Assembly (NCBI GenBank): GCA_002296225.1
Contig: DBHR01000015.1
Location: 26,079 to 90,078, forward strand
Reading direction: 5' to 3'
Source: Acidobacteria bacterium UBA823
GTDB taxonomy: Bacteria; Acidobacteriota; Vicinamibacteria; Vicinamibacterales; UBA823
Length of the DNA: 64,000 bases
The notes beneath the pieces were generated by a model that saw only the letters and a list, made by a program, of their open reading frames with translations, searched no databases and was not told the DNA's origin. The translations under genes and the position numbers were made by a program. Below are positions 40,834 to 50,045 of this stretch, in pieces. Positions within the stretch are counted from its first letter, which is position 1; each line of letters starts with the position of its first letter.

Positions 40834-42193
40834 CGTGTTTAAGTCCAACGTCGGCCCGCCACACAGCCAAGTCGTGAAGCGCTCGCTCGGCGGTTGCCAA
40901 ACGGCGTGCCGCTCGCCGCTTCGGTGCCTGAGGAAGCGGCGGCATAATACCGAAGGTAATGTTGGTCGGTTGGTAATTGTGCGCATCGGCATGCGACACG
41001 TAGTAGGCAAGTGCCCCTAGCGCTGTGGTGCGCGGTGCCACAAGCGGCTCACGGCTGTGCACAAGAGCCGCGGCGTTCAATCCGGCCATCAATCCCGAAG
41101 CCGCACTCTCGACGTAGCCCTCGACGCCGGACAGCTGACCGGCAACGAACAGGTCGGCGCGCTGACGAGTTTGCCAAGTCTCGCGGAGCACCGTGGGCGC
41201 GTTGATATAGGTGTTCCGATGGATCATGCCATACCGCACGAACTCCGCCCGCTCCAGACCAGGGATCAGCCGAAGTACGCGGTCCTGTTCGCCCCACTTC
41301 AGTTGTGTCTGGAAGCCGACAAGACTGAAATGCTCGCCCGCCAGGTTGTCCTGCCGGAGCTGCACGACGGCGTAGGGCTGACGCGCGACACGCGGGTCAA
41401 TGAGACCCACCGGCTTCATCGGCCCGAACCGCAGGGTGTCACGGCCACGACTAGCCATTACCTCAATAGGCAGACAGCCCTCGAAAAACTTTGTTTGGTC
41501 GAAATCGTGGACAGTGGCTGATTCGGCGGTTGTCACAGCATTGTAGAAACGATCGTACTCATCGGCCGTCAGTGGGCAGTTTACATAGTCGCCCGACTCC
41601 TGGCCCGGTGACGCGTCAGACGCAGGCTCAGGGGAAACGCCGCCCCACCGAGAGGCACGGAACGCGCGCGTCCAATCGATCGTTTCAGCGAGCACGATTG
41701 GGCTGATAGCGTCGTAGAAGTACAGGTGATCGGTACCAACAAACGCGGCAATATCGGCAGACAGACACTCAGATGTCAACGGGCCGGTCGCGATGATCGC
41801 CGGCTCCACCGGCGTGTGCCCCGCGGGAATTGCCTCAATCTCGATCCGTTTGACCGTGATCAGCGGGTGTGCCTGAACCGCCGTGGTAACCTCTTCGGCG
41901 AAGCGCTCGCGGTCGACCGCCAGAGCCGTGCCAGCCGGCACGCGGGTCCGGTCCCCCACCTCCATCACAAGTGAGCCCATCCGCCGCATCTCTTCCTTAA
42001 GAAGCCCAACGGCATTTTCCAGTTTGTCACCCCGAAAAGAATTGCTGCACACGAGCTCGGCAAGGCGGTCGGTCTGATGAACGGCAGTGGGACGGTTCGG
42101 TCGCATTTCGCACAGCGTCACCCGGACACCCATCGAGGCCGCCTGCCAAGCCGCCTCGCTGCCGGCCAAACCGCCGCCGATGACGTGAACCAT
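40805..42193 (-). CDS. trmFO: Methylenetetrahydrofolate-dependent tRNA (m5U54) methyltransferase TrmFO
   Basis: MVHVIGGGLAGSEAAWQ (FAD fold) and collinearity with TrmFO/Gid. Its 3' end overlaps the xerC start by 29 nt. Confidence 0.9.
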   Translation of the reverse strand: MVHVIGGGLAGSEAAWQAASMGVRVTLCEMRPNRPTAVHQTDRLAELVCSNSFRGDKLENAVGLLKEEMRRMGSLVMEVGDRTRVPAGTALAVDRERFAEEVTTAVQAHPLITVKRIEIEAIPAGHTPVEPAIIATGPLTSECLSADIAAFVGTDHLYFYDAISPIVLAETIDWTRAFRASRWGGVSPEPASDASPGQESGDYVNCPLTADEYDRFYNAVTTAESATVHDFDQTKFFEGCLPIEVMASRGRDTLRFGPMKPVGLIDPRVARQPYAVVQLRQDNLAGEHFSLVGFQTQLKWGEQDRVLRLIPGLERAEFVRYGMIHRNTYINAPTVLRETWQTRQRADLFVAGQLSGVEGYVESAASGLMAGLNAAALVHSREPLVAPRTTALGALAYYVSHADAHNYQPTNITFGIMPPLPQAPKRRAARRLATAERALHDLAVWRADVGLKHDAQSTPIVS

Positions 42194-42316
42194 GAACCGT
42201 GCCAGGATTACGCGTTGACTGACGCGATGCCGAGGTTCAAACGTTGCGCGTATAAGGCATCAACGATCAAGGAAAGCGTGGTCGCCGATGAACCAACTCG
42301 CACCGACGGCATTACA

Positions 42317-44950
42317 CTACACTGCTGCAAGCTCTTCAGAGCGAACGTAGTCACACTCCTCCTTATGGCAGAGTAGCTGACGACCGTGCCGCTTGGTGAC
42401 TTTTTCTACGAGAAACGGCGTCTGGCACGTCGGACAGGGCTCGAGTAGCGGCTTGTTCCAGAGCGTGAAGTCACATTCCGGATAATTGCCGCACCCGTAG
42501 AAGGCCCGACCCCGGCGAGTTTGCCGCTCAACGATGTCACCACCATCCTCCGGGCACGCGACGCCGGTGCTCTTCAGCTTCACGTAGCGGCACTTCGGGT
42601 AGCCGCTGCAGGCCGTGAACTCGCCAAACCGTCCCTGCTTAATGACAAGATTCGAATCGCAGCGCGGACATTTCTCGTCGAGCATTTGATCAGGCTTGGC
42701 CGCAGTCAAACCCTGTTTCGTCGAAATAAGCTTCCGTGTTGTTTTGCAATCTGGGTATCCCGAACAAGCAAGGAACTGTCCGAAACGACCGCGCTTAACG
42801 ACCATCGGCTTGCCACAGTTCTCGCACGTCTCAGTCGCCTCATCCTGCCCGGCATCGGCATTCTCGAGTTCACGGGTGTTCTGGCACTGACCTTCGACCT
42901 GCAGCAAGCCCCGAACAACCAAACGCCGCAACGTCGCCCCCGCTATGGCGTGTTCGAGAAGCACCGATTGGGCCAACCCCTCCTTGGCTTCGGCCAACGT
43001 TTCCAGTGCAAGCAACTGGCGAGGCCCAATACGGCCAAGTTTCTTCGAAGAGCCGCTCCGGGCCCGTTCCGCCAAATACGTTCTCGCTATCGGCGTCAGT
43101 TGGAAATCTGGAGAGCTACTGCACGCGAGGAAAAGACCGAAGCGGCCGACCTTGACGATCATCGGCGAGTCACACTTGTCGCAGACCTCTTCACTCGGCA
43201 GGCCTTCAGCCTTGATGTTTGGCATCGATTTGGCCGCCTCGGTCAAATCGATGCTGAATTTTGCGTAGAAACTCTCGATGGTACCGTGGTAACTGGCCTC
43301 GCCGCCTTCAATCTTGTCCAGCGAGTTCTCGAGCTCCTTGGTGTACTCAACGTCGAGGATATCGTCGAAACTCTTGGCCAGTAGGTCTGTCACCAGCACG
43401 CCGAGTCGAGTCGGCTTGAACCGTCCTTCGATTTTCTCGGCATACTCCCGAGCCTGCAAAACCCCGATGATCGACGCATATGTACTGGGCCGACCAATTC
43501 CGTTCTCCTCGAGTTCCTTAACAAGCGTCGCCTCGCTGAACCGAGGCGGCGGCTGCGTGAATTTCTGTGCGGGACGAAGCTCCTTGACCTCCATCCGGTC
43601 CCCCGGCTGCATAACCGGCAGGGCATCGGACACAGCGGCGGCGTCCCCATTAGCGCCAGCCGTTGGGCCCTCGACCTCACCCACCTTCTCCTCGACAGTG
43701 AGCCCGTGAGCTGCCATCCAGCCCTTGAACTTCAGCACCGATCCCTTTACCCGGAATGTATAGGGGCCGGCACCGATGTCGACCGTGGTGTTGTCGAAGC
43801 GCGCGGGCGGCATCTGTGACGCGACGAACCGGTTCCAGATCATCCGGTATAGCGTGTACTGCTCGTGCGTCATATGCGGCTTGACCGTCTCGGGGTCGTG
43901 CTGGACTGAGGTGGGCCGAATCGCCTCATGGGCATCCTGAGCGCCGGCTTTGGTGGGGAACCTATTCGGCTTCTTCGGCACGAACTCGTCACCAAAGGCT
44001 TGACCTATATGCGCGCGAACGTCGTCGACCGCCTGAGCTGAGACACGGGTCGAATCGGTCCGCATGTAGGTGATAAGCCCCACAGCCCCATCGCCGGGCA
44101 GTTCGATCCCCTCGTAGAGCTGCTGTGCAATCATCATCGTCCGCTTCACAGGCATCTTTGATGCTTGTTGGAGCTTGCTCGTAATGAATGGCGGCGGCGC
44201 GCTCTTCTTGCCCTCTTTTGTCGCCACGTCGCTCACGATAAACGGCTTGCCAGCAACGGCGTCGAGGACGACCTTCGATTCGACTTCATTGGCAACTTTG
44301 ATCGTTTTGCCGTCCTGCTTAATTAGTTTCGCTTCGAACTCGGGAGGCTGGTCGGCCATAAGCCGCGCGAAAATGTGCCAGTACTCTTCAGGCTTGAACC
44401 GCTCGATCTCCTTCTCGCGATCGCAGACCAACCGTAATGTCACCGACTGCACGCGGCCTGCGCTTAAGCCGCGGCGAACCTTGTCCCACAGAAGCGGGCT
44501 GAGCTTATAGCCCACGAGGCGGTCGAGGACCCGTCGCGCCTGCTGCGCGTCGACCATCCGCTGATCGATGTTGCCAGTATGCTTGAGCGCCTCAAGAATT
44601 GCTTTTTTGGTGATTTCGTTGAACGTGAGCCGGTGAATCTTCCGCTTACTTCCACGCAGCACCTTAGCCAAGTGCCAACCGATCGCTTCGCCCTCACGGT
44701 CAGGGTCGGTAGCAACGTAGATATCCGTAGCATCCTTTGCCGCCGCGCGCAGTTCCTTGATGACTTTCTTACGACCAGGAATCAGCTCGTAGGCGGGCGT
44801 GAACTCACCGTCGACATCCACACCCAGTTTGCTTTTCGGCAAGTCGCGGATGTGTCCCATCGAGGCCATCACCTTGAAGTCCTTGCCGAGATATTTGTTA
44901 ATGGTCTTCGCCTTTGCAGGTGACTCGACCACCACGAGTGACTTGGGCAT
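42317..44950 (-). CDS. topA: DNA topoisomerase I
   Basis: ATG at 44950. Toprim VVVESPAKAKTI, active-site YMRTDS, and a C-terminal array of zinc ribbons (C-x2-C...C-x5-C). Confidence 0.95.
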   Translation of the reverse strand: MPKSLVVVESPAKAKTINKYLGKDFKVMASMGHIRDLPKSKLGVDVDGEFTPAYELIPGRKKVIKELRAAAKDATDIYVATDPDREGEAIGWHLAKVLRGSKRKIHRLTFNEITKKAILEALKHTGNIDQRMVDAQQARRVLDRLVGYKLSPLLWDKVRRGLSAGRVQSVTLRLVCDREKEIERFKPEEYWHIFARLMADQPPEFEAKLIKQDGKTIKVANEVESKVVLDAVAGKPFIVSDVATKEGKKSAPPPFITSKLQQASKMPVKRTMMIAQQLYEGIELPGDGAVGLITYMRTDSTRVSAQAVDDVRAHIGQAFGDEFVPKKPNRFPTKAGAQDAHEAIRPTSVQHDPETVKPHMTHEQYTLYRMIWNRFVASQMPPARFDNTTVDIGAGPYTFRVKGSVLKFKGWMAAHGLTVEEKVGEVEGPTAGANGDAAAVSDALPVMQPGDRMEVKELRPAQKFTQPPPRFSEATLVKELEENGIGRPSTYASIIGVLQAREYAEKIEGRFKPTRLGVLVTDLLAKSFDDILDVEYTKELENSLDKIEGGEASYHGTIESFYAKFSIDLTEAAKSMPNIKAEGLPSEEVCDKCDSPMIVKVGRFGLFLACSSSPDFQLTPIARTYLAERARSGSSKKLGRIGPRQLLALETLAEAKEGLAQSVLLEHAIAGATLRRLVVRGLLQVEGQCQNTRELENADAGQDEATETCENCGKPMVVKRGRFGQFLACSGYPDCKTTRKLISTKQGLTAAKPDQMLDEKCPRCDSNLVIKQGRFGEFTACSGYPKCRYVKLKSTGVACPEDGGDIVERQTRRGRAFYGCGNYPECDFTLWNKPLLEPCPTCQTPFLVEKVTKRHGRQLLCHKEECDYVRSEELAAV

Positions 44951-45303
44951 AGCTGTAATCCTGATTCTCTTTAGGTGGGCCCGTGCCGGCGTCCAACGCG
45001 CCAATACGCACCCCCGTAATTTACGTTAGCATTTTCTTAGCACGCACGAAAACCAACAACCTTCGATACCTCGACGAAGCCCCGAAGCGAGAGGTCGAGC
45101 AGCCAGGTCAAAAAAGGGCGTTGTGAGGCCTCGATCGCCCGCCGAGACCATCCAAGTCGCAGGCTCTGCGGTAGAGAAAGGGCGATTCCGCGGCGCATTT
45201 ACGCGTATTTTGACCCGAGATACCCATCTCCCCCGAGGTATCGTCCGCGCGCCCCACAACCTTTGCTACATCAGCTATAGTTTTAAGGATTCTGGGTGTC
45301 TTG

Positions 45304-45651
45304 ATGCGGAACGTGGCCTTGTACGCGGCTCTCCTGCTAACCCTAGCAGCGATGCCGGCTGCCGTCGCGGCTGACGAGCGGTCCGATGCGAGGCGACAGG
45401 TCGAATTCGGCATTAGGGTCGCCGAGCGCGGCTTGTGGCGTGAAGCTGCTTATCGATGGCAGCGCGCCGTGGAGATTGATCCCACCTACGCCGCCGCCTG
45501 GAACAACTTGGCCATCGCCTACGAGCACTCTGGCAAATTCGACGAGGCTCGCCGGGCGTACGAACGTGCGAGCGAACTCGAGCCGAATAACGCGACCATC
45601 GAGCAGAATTTTGATTTATTCAAAGAACTAAATGACCGGACGAGTAACTAG
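45304..45651 (+). CDS. Tetratricopeptide-repeat protein, exported
   Basis: Signal-like MRNVALYAALLLTLAAMPAAVAA. TPR consensus in ...AAWNNLAIAYEHSGKFDEARRAYERASELEPNN. Confidence 0.7.
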   Translation: MRNVALYAALLLTLAAMPAAVAADERSDARRQVEFGIRVAERGLWREAAYRWQRAVEIDPTYAAAWNNLAIAYEHSGKFDEARRAYERASELEPNNATIEQNFDLFKELNDRTSN

Positions 45652-46396
45652 TATCGCGGCGGCCCTGGCTGTCCTCACGGCCTGCGCTGGGTCGGCGCCG
45701 CGCGAAATTGTTATCGAAACGCCACTCCAAGCAAAACTCGACATCTCGCCGTTCAGTCGTATCCTTGTCGCGGGCTTTGTCGCTGCTGGTAGCGACGAGG
45801 TTGACGCCAACCTCGAGACAGCACGCCTGCTACGCAGCCAACTCAGGAATCGATCGGACTTGCAGGTCATTGAGAGCAACGTCCTGTCGCTAGCCGACTT
45901 AGTCGGCGACGAAAAAATCGGCGGGAGTTTCGGTGATGCGGTCCCGCTGGTGGATCCGAGCGCGATTACCGAAGAGCAACAACTAGAAGCCTACGAGCGC
46001 GCTTTCGCGGACGTCAGTTATTGGCAGCGGCTCGGCGAAGAACACATGGATCCGCTGATCGTGACCGGTACGGTACTTTTCGTCCCGCACTCACGTACCG
46101 GATTCGTCACGCAGGAACAGGAGTCCTACGACTCTTTGGGTCGACGGCGCGTCGTGCCAGTTCGCGCGTATCGGGAACGGACAGGGTACGTACTCAGCCA
46201 CAAGTTTATCTTCATCGATGGACGGACGGGCAACACTCTCTACAGCGAATCGCACCGGGAAGAGATCCTGTACGACGCCCAACAAAACACACCTGCGCTC
46301 TCCTCGTATTTCGAACTAATGGACCGGCTGCTACCGACCTTCCTCAGCGCTCTGAGCACGCAGACCATCCGTGGCACGCGACTCTTGTTGAGATAG
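45632..46396 (+). CDS. Hypothetical lipoprotein
   Basis: Lipobox LAVLTAC. It overlaps the preceding TPR gene by 20 nt. I recognise no other motif. Confidence 0.6.
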   Translation: MTGRVTSIAAALAVLTACAGSAPREIVIETPLQAKLDISPFSRILVAGFVAAGSDEVDANLETARLLRSQLRNRSDLQVIESNVLSLADLVGDEKIGGSFGDAVPLVDPSAITEEQQLEAYERAFADVSYWQRLGEEHMDPLIVTGTVLFVPHSRTGFVTQEQESYDSLGRRRVVPVRAYRERTGYVLSHKFIFIDGRTGNTLYSESHREEILYDAQQNTPALSSYFELMDRLLPTFLSALSTQTIRGTRLLLR

Positions 46397-46574
46397 CGGG
46401 ATCGCTTCACTAAGCTCGCTCAATGAACCCCCGTTTTGCGGAAATGGGTTCCGGAGTGTTATCCTATTAGGGCGCGAGTGGGTTCAGACGGGGGTCCCGT
46501 GGGAACCATCTGGGCATACAGCAGCAACATCGGGCTACCTGGGCCACCATAGAACAGGTGAGGAGCGTCCTGCG

Positions 46575-46889
46575 GTGTACGCAATCATTCAGAACGGCGG
46601 GCGGCAGGTTCGTGTCACGCCAGGCGCAGTCGTGACGGTCGACCGCATCCCTGAGGAAGCCGGGCACGAAGTAAGCTTCGACCGCGTGTTGCTAGTCGGT
46701 AAGGACGGCGGTCAAGTTTTAGCTGGCTCGCCCTACGTGCCCGACGCGTCGGTGACCGGCGTCATCGACGGCGTCGTCCGAGGACCGAAGATTCGAGTCT
46801 TCCGAAAGAAGCGTCGTAAGGGTATGCGACGCACTCAGGGGCACCGGAGCGTACTGACGCGTGTCCGAGTAAAAGACATTCGCGCGTAA
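46575..46889 (+). CDS. rplU: 50S ribosomal protein L21
   Basis: GTG start preceded by GGTGAGGAG. The product starts MYAIIQNGGRQVRV... Confidence 0.95.
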   Translation: MYAIIQNGGRQVRVTPGAVVTVDRIPEEAGHEVSFDRVLLVGKDGGQVLAGSPYVPDASVTGVIDGVVRGPKIRVFRKKRRKGMRRTQGHRSVLTRVRVKDIRA

Positions 46890-46919
46890 GGGGAACAACA
46901 TCCCGGTAGGCAAGACTCG

Positions 46920-47174
46920 ATGGCACATAAGAAGGGCCAAGGCAGTTCACGAAACGGGCGGGACAGCAATGCCCAGCGCCTGGGCGTCAAGCGGTATGAC
47001 GGCAACCGAGTCACCGGTGGGACCATTCTGATCCGGCAGCGCGGGCGGCGGTTCAGGCCAGGCCTCAACGTCGGATTAGGCAAAGACGACACGCTCTTTG
47101 CAAAAACCGCCGGTCTGGTACGGTTCGAAGACCACGGCGCGCGCGGCCGTGTCATCAGCGTGGTTCCCCTCTAG
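46920..47174 (+). CDS. rpmA: 50S ribosomal protein L27
   Basis: [28 protein letters not shown]... Confidence 0.95.
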   Translation: MAHKKGQGSSRNGRDSNAQRLGVKRYDGNRVTGGTILIRQRGRRFRPGLNVGLGKDDTLFAKTAGLVRFEDHGARGRVISVVPL

Positions 47175-47236
47175 AACTGAGCCTCAGGCACTCGTGACAC
47201 GCACGCAGACCGCTTCAGGCGCGTGCGAACGCTTCC

Positions 47237-48292
47237 ATGTTCGTCGACGAAATCGACATTCACGTTACCGCTGGCCGCGGCGGCCGAGGCTGCCTCAGTT
47301 TTCGTCGCGAGAAGTTTGTCCCGCGAGGGGGCCCTGACGGTGGTGACGGTGGTGACGGTGGCTCCATCTACATGGTCGCCAGCTCCCACTTCAACACGCT
47401 CATCCACTATCGATTTCATCCTGAGTTTCGCGCTCGGCGCGGCGCGCACGGCGAGGGTGCCAACCGCAGCGGACGGAAGGGCAAGGACCTCGAGCTCGAA
47501 GTGCCCGCGGGCACGAGCATTTACGAGTTGACTGATGATTACCCTGTTGAGCTAGCTGACCTCACCGAAGCCGGTCAGCGGGTACTCGTGGCGAAAGGCG
47601 GTCTCGGCGGCCGCGGTAACGCTAGATTCGCAACTTCGACCAACCAAGCACCGCGCCGGACGGAGCCTGGTCTCGAAGGCGAAGTTCGTCAATTACGGCT
47701 GAAGTTGAAGCTACTAGCCGACGTGGGACTCGTCGGGTTTCCAAACGTTGGAAAATCCACCCTCATCGCACACATCTCGGCCGCAAGACCTAAAATCGCT
47801 GACTACCCGTTCACAACTCTGTCACCTAACCTTGGCGTCGTCAGCCTGTCGGACGACCGTAGCTTCGTCGTCGCCGACGTGCCAGGCCTCATCGAAGGCG
47901 CCCATGCCGGACACGGCCTGGGTCACCGGTTTCTGAGCCACCTCGAGCGTACCAAGGTTCTGGTCCACATCGTTGATGTATCATCGGCGTCAGGCCGTGA
48001 CCCCCTCGACGACTACGATACGATCCGCCGAGAACTCGCCCTCTATCCCATCGGCGCAGATGATGCCGCGGGACCGCTCGACCGCCGACCGCAATTGGTC
48101 GCCGCAAACAAGATTGACGCGCTCGACGAACCAGCGAGGCTCGAGCGTTTGAGCGAGACGCTATCTGCGCGGGAAATCCCCGTTTACCCGATTTCTGCCG
48201 TAACTGGACAGGGGATACGTCCGCTACTTGAAGCACTGTGGCAAGCTGTCTCGCCCGCTACTAGATCGAGCTTGCCGGCGATAAACCAATGA
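47237..48292 (+). CDS. obg: GTPase Obg/CgtA
   Basis: The Obg fold with a Gly-rich run (GGPDGGDGGDGGS). G1 GFPNVGKST, G3 DVPGLIEGA, G4 NKID. Confidence 0.95.
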   Translation: MFVDEIDIHVTAGRGGRGCLSFRREKFVPRGGPDGGDGGDGGSIYMVASSHFNTLIHYRFHPEFRARRGAHGEGANRSGRKGKDLELEVPAGTSIYELTDDYPVELADLTEAGQRVLVAKGGLGGRGNARFATSTNQAPRRTEPGLEGEVRQLRLKLKLLADVGLVGFPNVGKSTLIAHISAARPKIADYPFTTLSPNLGVVSLSDDRSFVVADVPGLIEGAHAGHGLGHRFLSHLERTKVLVHIVDVSSASGRDPLDDYDTIRRELALYPIGADDAAGPLDRRPQLVAANKIDALDEPARLERLSETLSAREIPVYPISAVTGQGIRPLLEALWQAVSPATRSSLPAINQ

Positions 48293-48960
48293 GTTCGCTC
48301 CCGCGAACCGGACTGCTCGGCGGAACGTTCGACCCGACGCATCATGGACACGTGGCCGTCGCCGAGGCCGCCCAGCAGGTATTCAACATGGATCGCGTGC
48401 TCCTCGTCCCCGCCCGAGTCCCACCTCATCGGCAAGTGGCACCGGTGGCATCGCCGTCTGACCGGTTCGCGATGCTGGAACTGGCGGTCAGCGGCCACCC
48501 AAGTCTAATTGCTTCCGATTTAGAACTGCACGACCCTGCACCTGCTTATACGACGGAAACACTGCAGCGACTGACCGACGCTGGACAGGCGACGTCGCAA
48601 TTATTCTTTATTATCGGCGCGGATGCTTTTGCCGAAATTTCCACTTGGCAAGGCTACCCGACGTTGCTTGACCAATCCCATTTCGTCGTCGTGCCAAGAC
48701 CGGGCCACGACCTGAGCGTGCTGCGTCGCGGCCTCCCAGGAATGGCACACCGTTTCCAAGAAGTTCGCGCTGGGGCCATGGGCTGCCCACCTGATGACGG
48801 ACGGACCGCGATCTTTACCATCGAGGCCGACACACCAGACATTACGTCGAGCGCCATTCGCCAACATCTGTCCGTTGGCACTTCAATAGACGACCTCGTA
48901 CCAAGCGCCGTCGCACACTACATTCGTGCACACCATCTGTATGCACCCGCCACCCAGTAG
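48289..48960 (+). CDS. nadD: Nicotinate-nucleotide adenylyltransferase
   Basis: ATGA overlap with the obg stop. GGTFDPTHHGH (HxGH) motif. Confidence 0.9.
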   Translation: MSSLPRTGLLGGTFDPTHHGHVAVAEAAQQVFNMDRVLLVPARVPPHRQVAPVASPSDRFAMLELAVSGHPSLIASDLELHDPAPAYTTETLQRLTDAGQATSQLFFIIGADAFAEISTWQGYPTLLDQSHFVVVPRPGHDLSVLRRGLPGMAHRFQEVRAGAMGCPPDDGRTAIFTIEADTPDITSSAIRQHLSVGTSIDDLVPSAVAHYIRAHHLYAPATQ

Positions 48961-48969
48961 ACGACTTGC

Positions 48970-49359
48970 ATGAGTAACGTGCAAGAGCGACAGGGCAGAC
49001 TGTCGACGCTACCAGAGGCCATCCGAGCGAGCGTGCTCGCGGCGCAAGACAAGAAGGCCGCTGACGTCGTCATCCTAGACCTAAGGACTGCAACTGCATT
49101 CACCGACTTCTTCGTTATTTGCTCTGGCCAACACTCCCTGCAAGCCAAAACCATTGCCGAGAACATCGAAACGCGACTTCGACAGAATGGTTTAAAGCCA
49201 GCCGTCGTTGAAGGCACTGGGCGGGCGGAATGGATTCTGCTTGATTTCTTCGACTTCGTCGTGCACGTGTTCACGCCTGAGGCCAGAGAGTTCTACAGCT
49301 TGGAGCGACTCTGGGGAAAAGCCGAGCGGCTCGATGTGAACGACGCGGAACCAGAGTGA
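48970..49359 (+). CDS. rsfS: Ribosomal silencing factor RsfS (iojap-like)
   Basis: ...DFFVICSG...EWILLDFFDFVVHVF... is typical of RsfS. It holds the conserved position after nadD. Confidence 0.9.
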   Translation: MSNVQERQGRLSTLPEAIRASVLAAQDKKAADVVILDLRTATAFTDFFVICSGQHSLQAKTIAENIETRLRQNGLKPAVVEGTGRAEWILLDFFDFVVHVFTPEAREFYSLERLWGKAERLDVNDAEPE

Positions 49360-49426
49360 TGGTGCGTTGAAGCCCTACGAAAGGCAGCAGTGGAAGGCGA
49401 GCAACGAGTGTGGGCGGTTGCCGTAG

Positions 49427-50011
49427 CTACAATCGTGCCGAGACAGCCGTTATGACCGCCTCGGTAACTTCGGCCTCCGACCGCTGGCCGTCAATCGTGA
49501 CCCAACGCTCTTCAGCCGCAAGCTGAAGGTAGCTGTCTCGTACCCGCCCGAGCAGCGGCAGATCTCGCTCATATCGATCGCGGTCTGAGACCTTCCGACG
49601 GGCAGCCGTCTCGGCCGAGATGTCGAGCAGCACCGTAAAGTCAGGCTGCGGCAAAAACCGCTGCATGTCCGTCAGCCACACGGGATCCAGATCCTGACCC
49701 TCACCGTAGGCGATGCTCGACGCCAAGTAGCGGTCGCACAGCACGATCAGGCCACCGGCCAACCAGCGCTCGAGATCCGCTCGGCGCTCGAATCGGTTCG
49801 CGACATACAATAACTGCATTACTTCGGGCGTATAATCCCGCTCGCCCTGTAACGCGCGTGCAATCTCTTCACCGATCGAAGTGCCGTAATCCGGAAAGGA
49901 TGCGACGCGCACCTTGCGTCCCCGCTGTCGTAAATGATCGCGAAGATGTAGCGCTTGAGTTTCCTTCCCGCTTTGATCTAACCCTTCGAATGCTATGAGG
50001 AGTCCTGCCAT
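49427..50011 (-). CDS. tmk: dTMP (thymidylate) kinase
   Basis: N-terminal P-loop FEGLDQSGKETQ, DRY motif and about 194 aa. Confidence 0.85.
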   Translation of the reverse strand: MAGLLIAFEGLDQSGKETQALHLRDHLRQRGRKVRVASFPDYGTSIGEEIARALQGERDYTPEVMQLLYVANRFERRADLERWLAGGLIVLCDRYLASSIAYGEGQDLDPVWLTDMQRFLPQPDFTVLLDISAETAARRKVSDRDRYERDLPLLGRVRDSYLQLAAEERWVTIDGQRSEAEVTEAVITAVSARL

Positions 50012-50045
50012 CTGCTCTGCCGCTGCCGGTCACCTGGATAGGCAC

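Noticed and set aside
39778-41010. The tyrosine recombinase as the integrase of a mobile island, using the long 410-aa track ORF.
   Set aside because: It sits in the conserved housekeeping position after topA-trmFO and has XerC/CodV-like sequence. The N-terminal extension would overlap trmFO by more than 200 nt. No att-like repeats or cargo genes are evident.
47335-47361. A near-perfect tandem repeat, GACGGTGGT x3.
   Set aside because: It lies inside obg and encodes the conserved Gly-rich GGDGGDGG segment of the Obg fold. It is not a VNTR, CRISPR or regulatory repeat.
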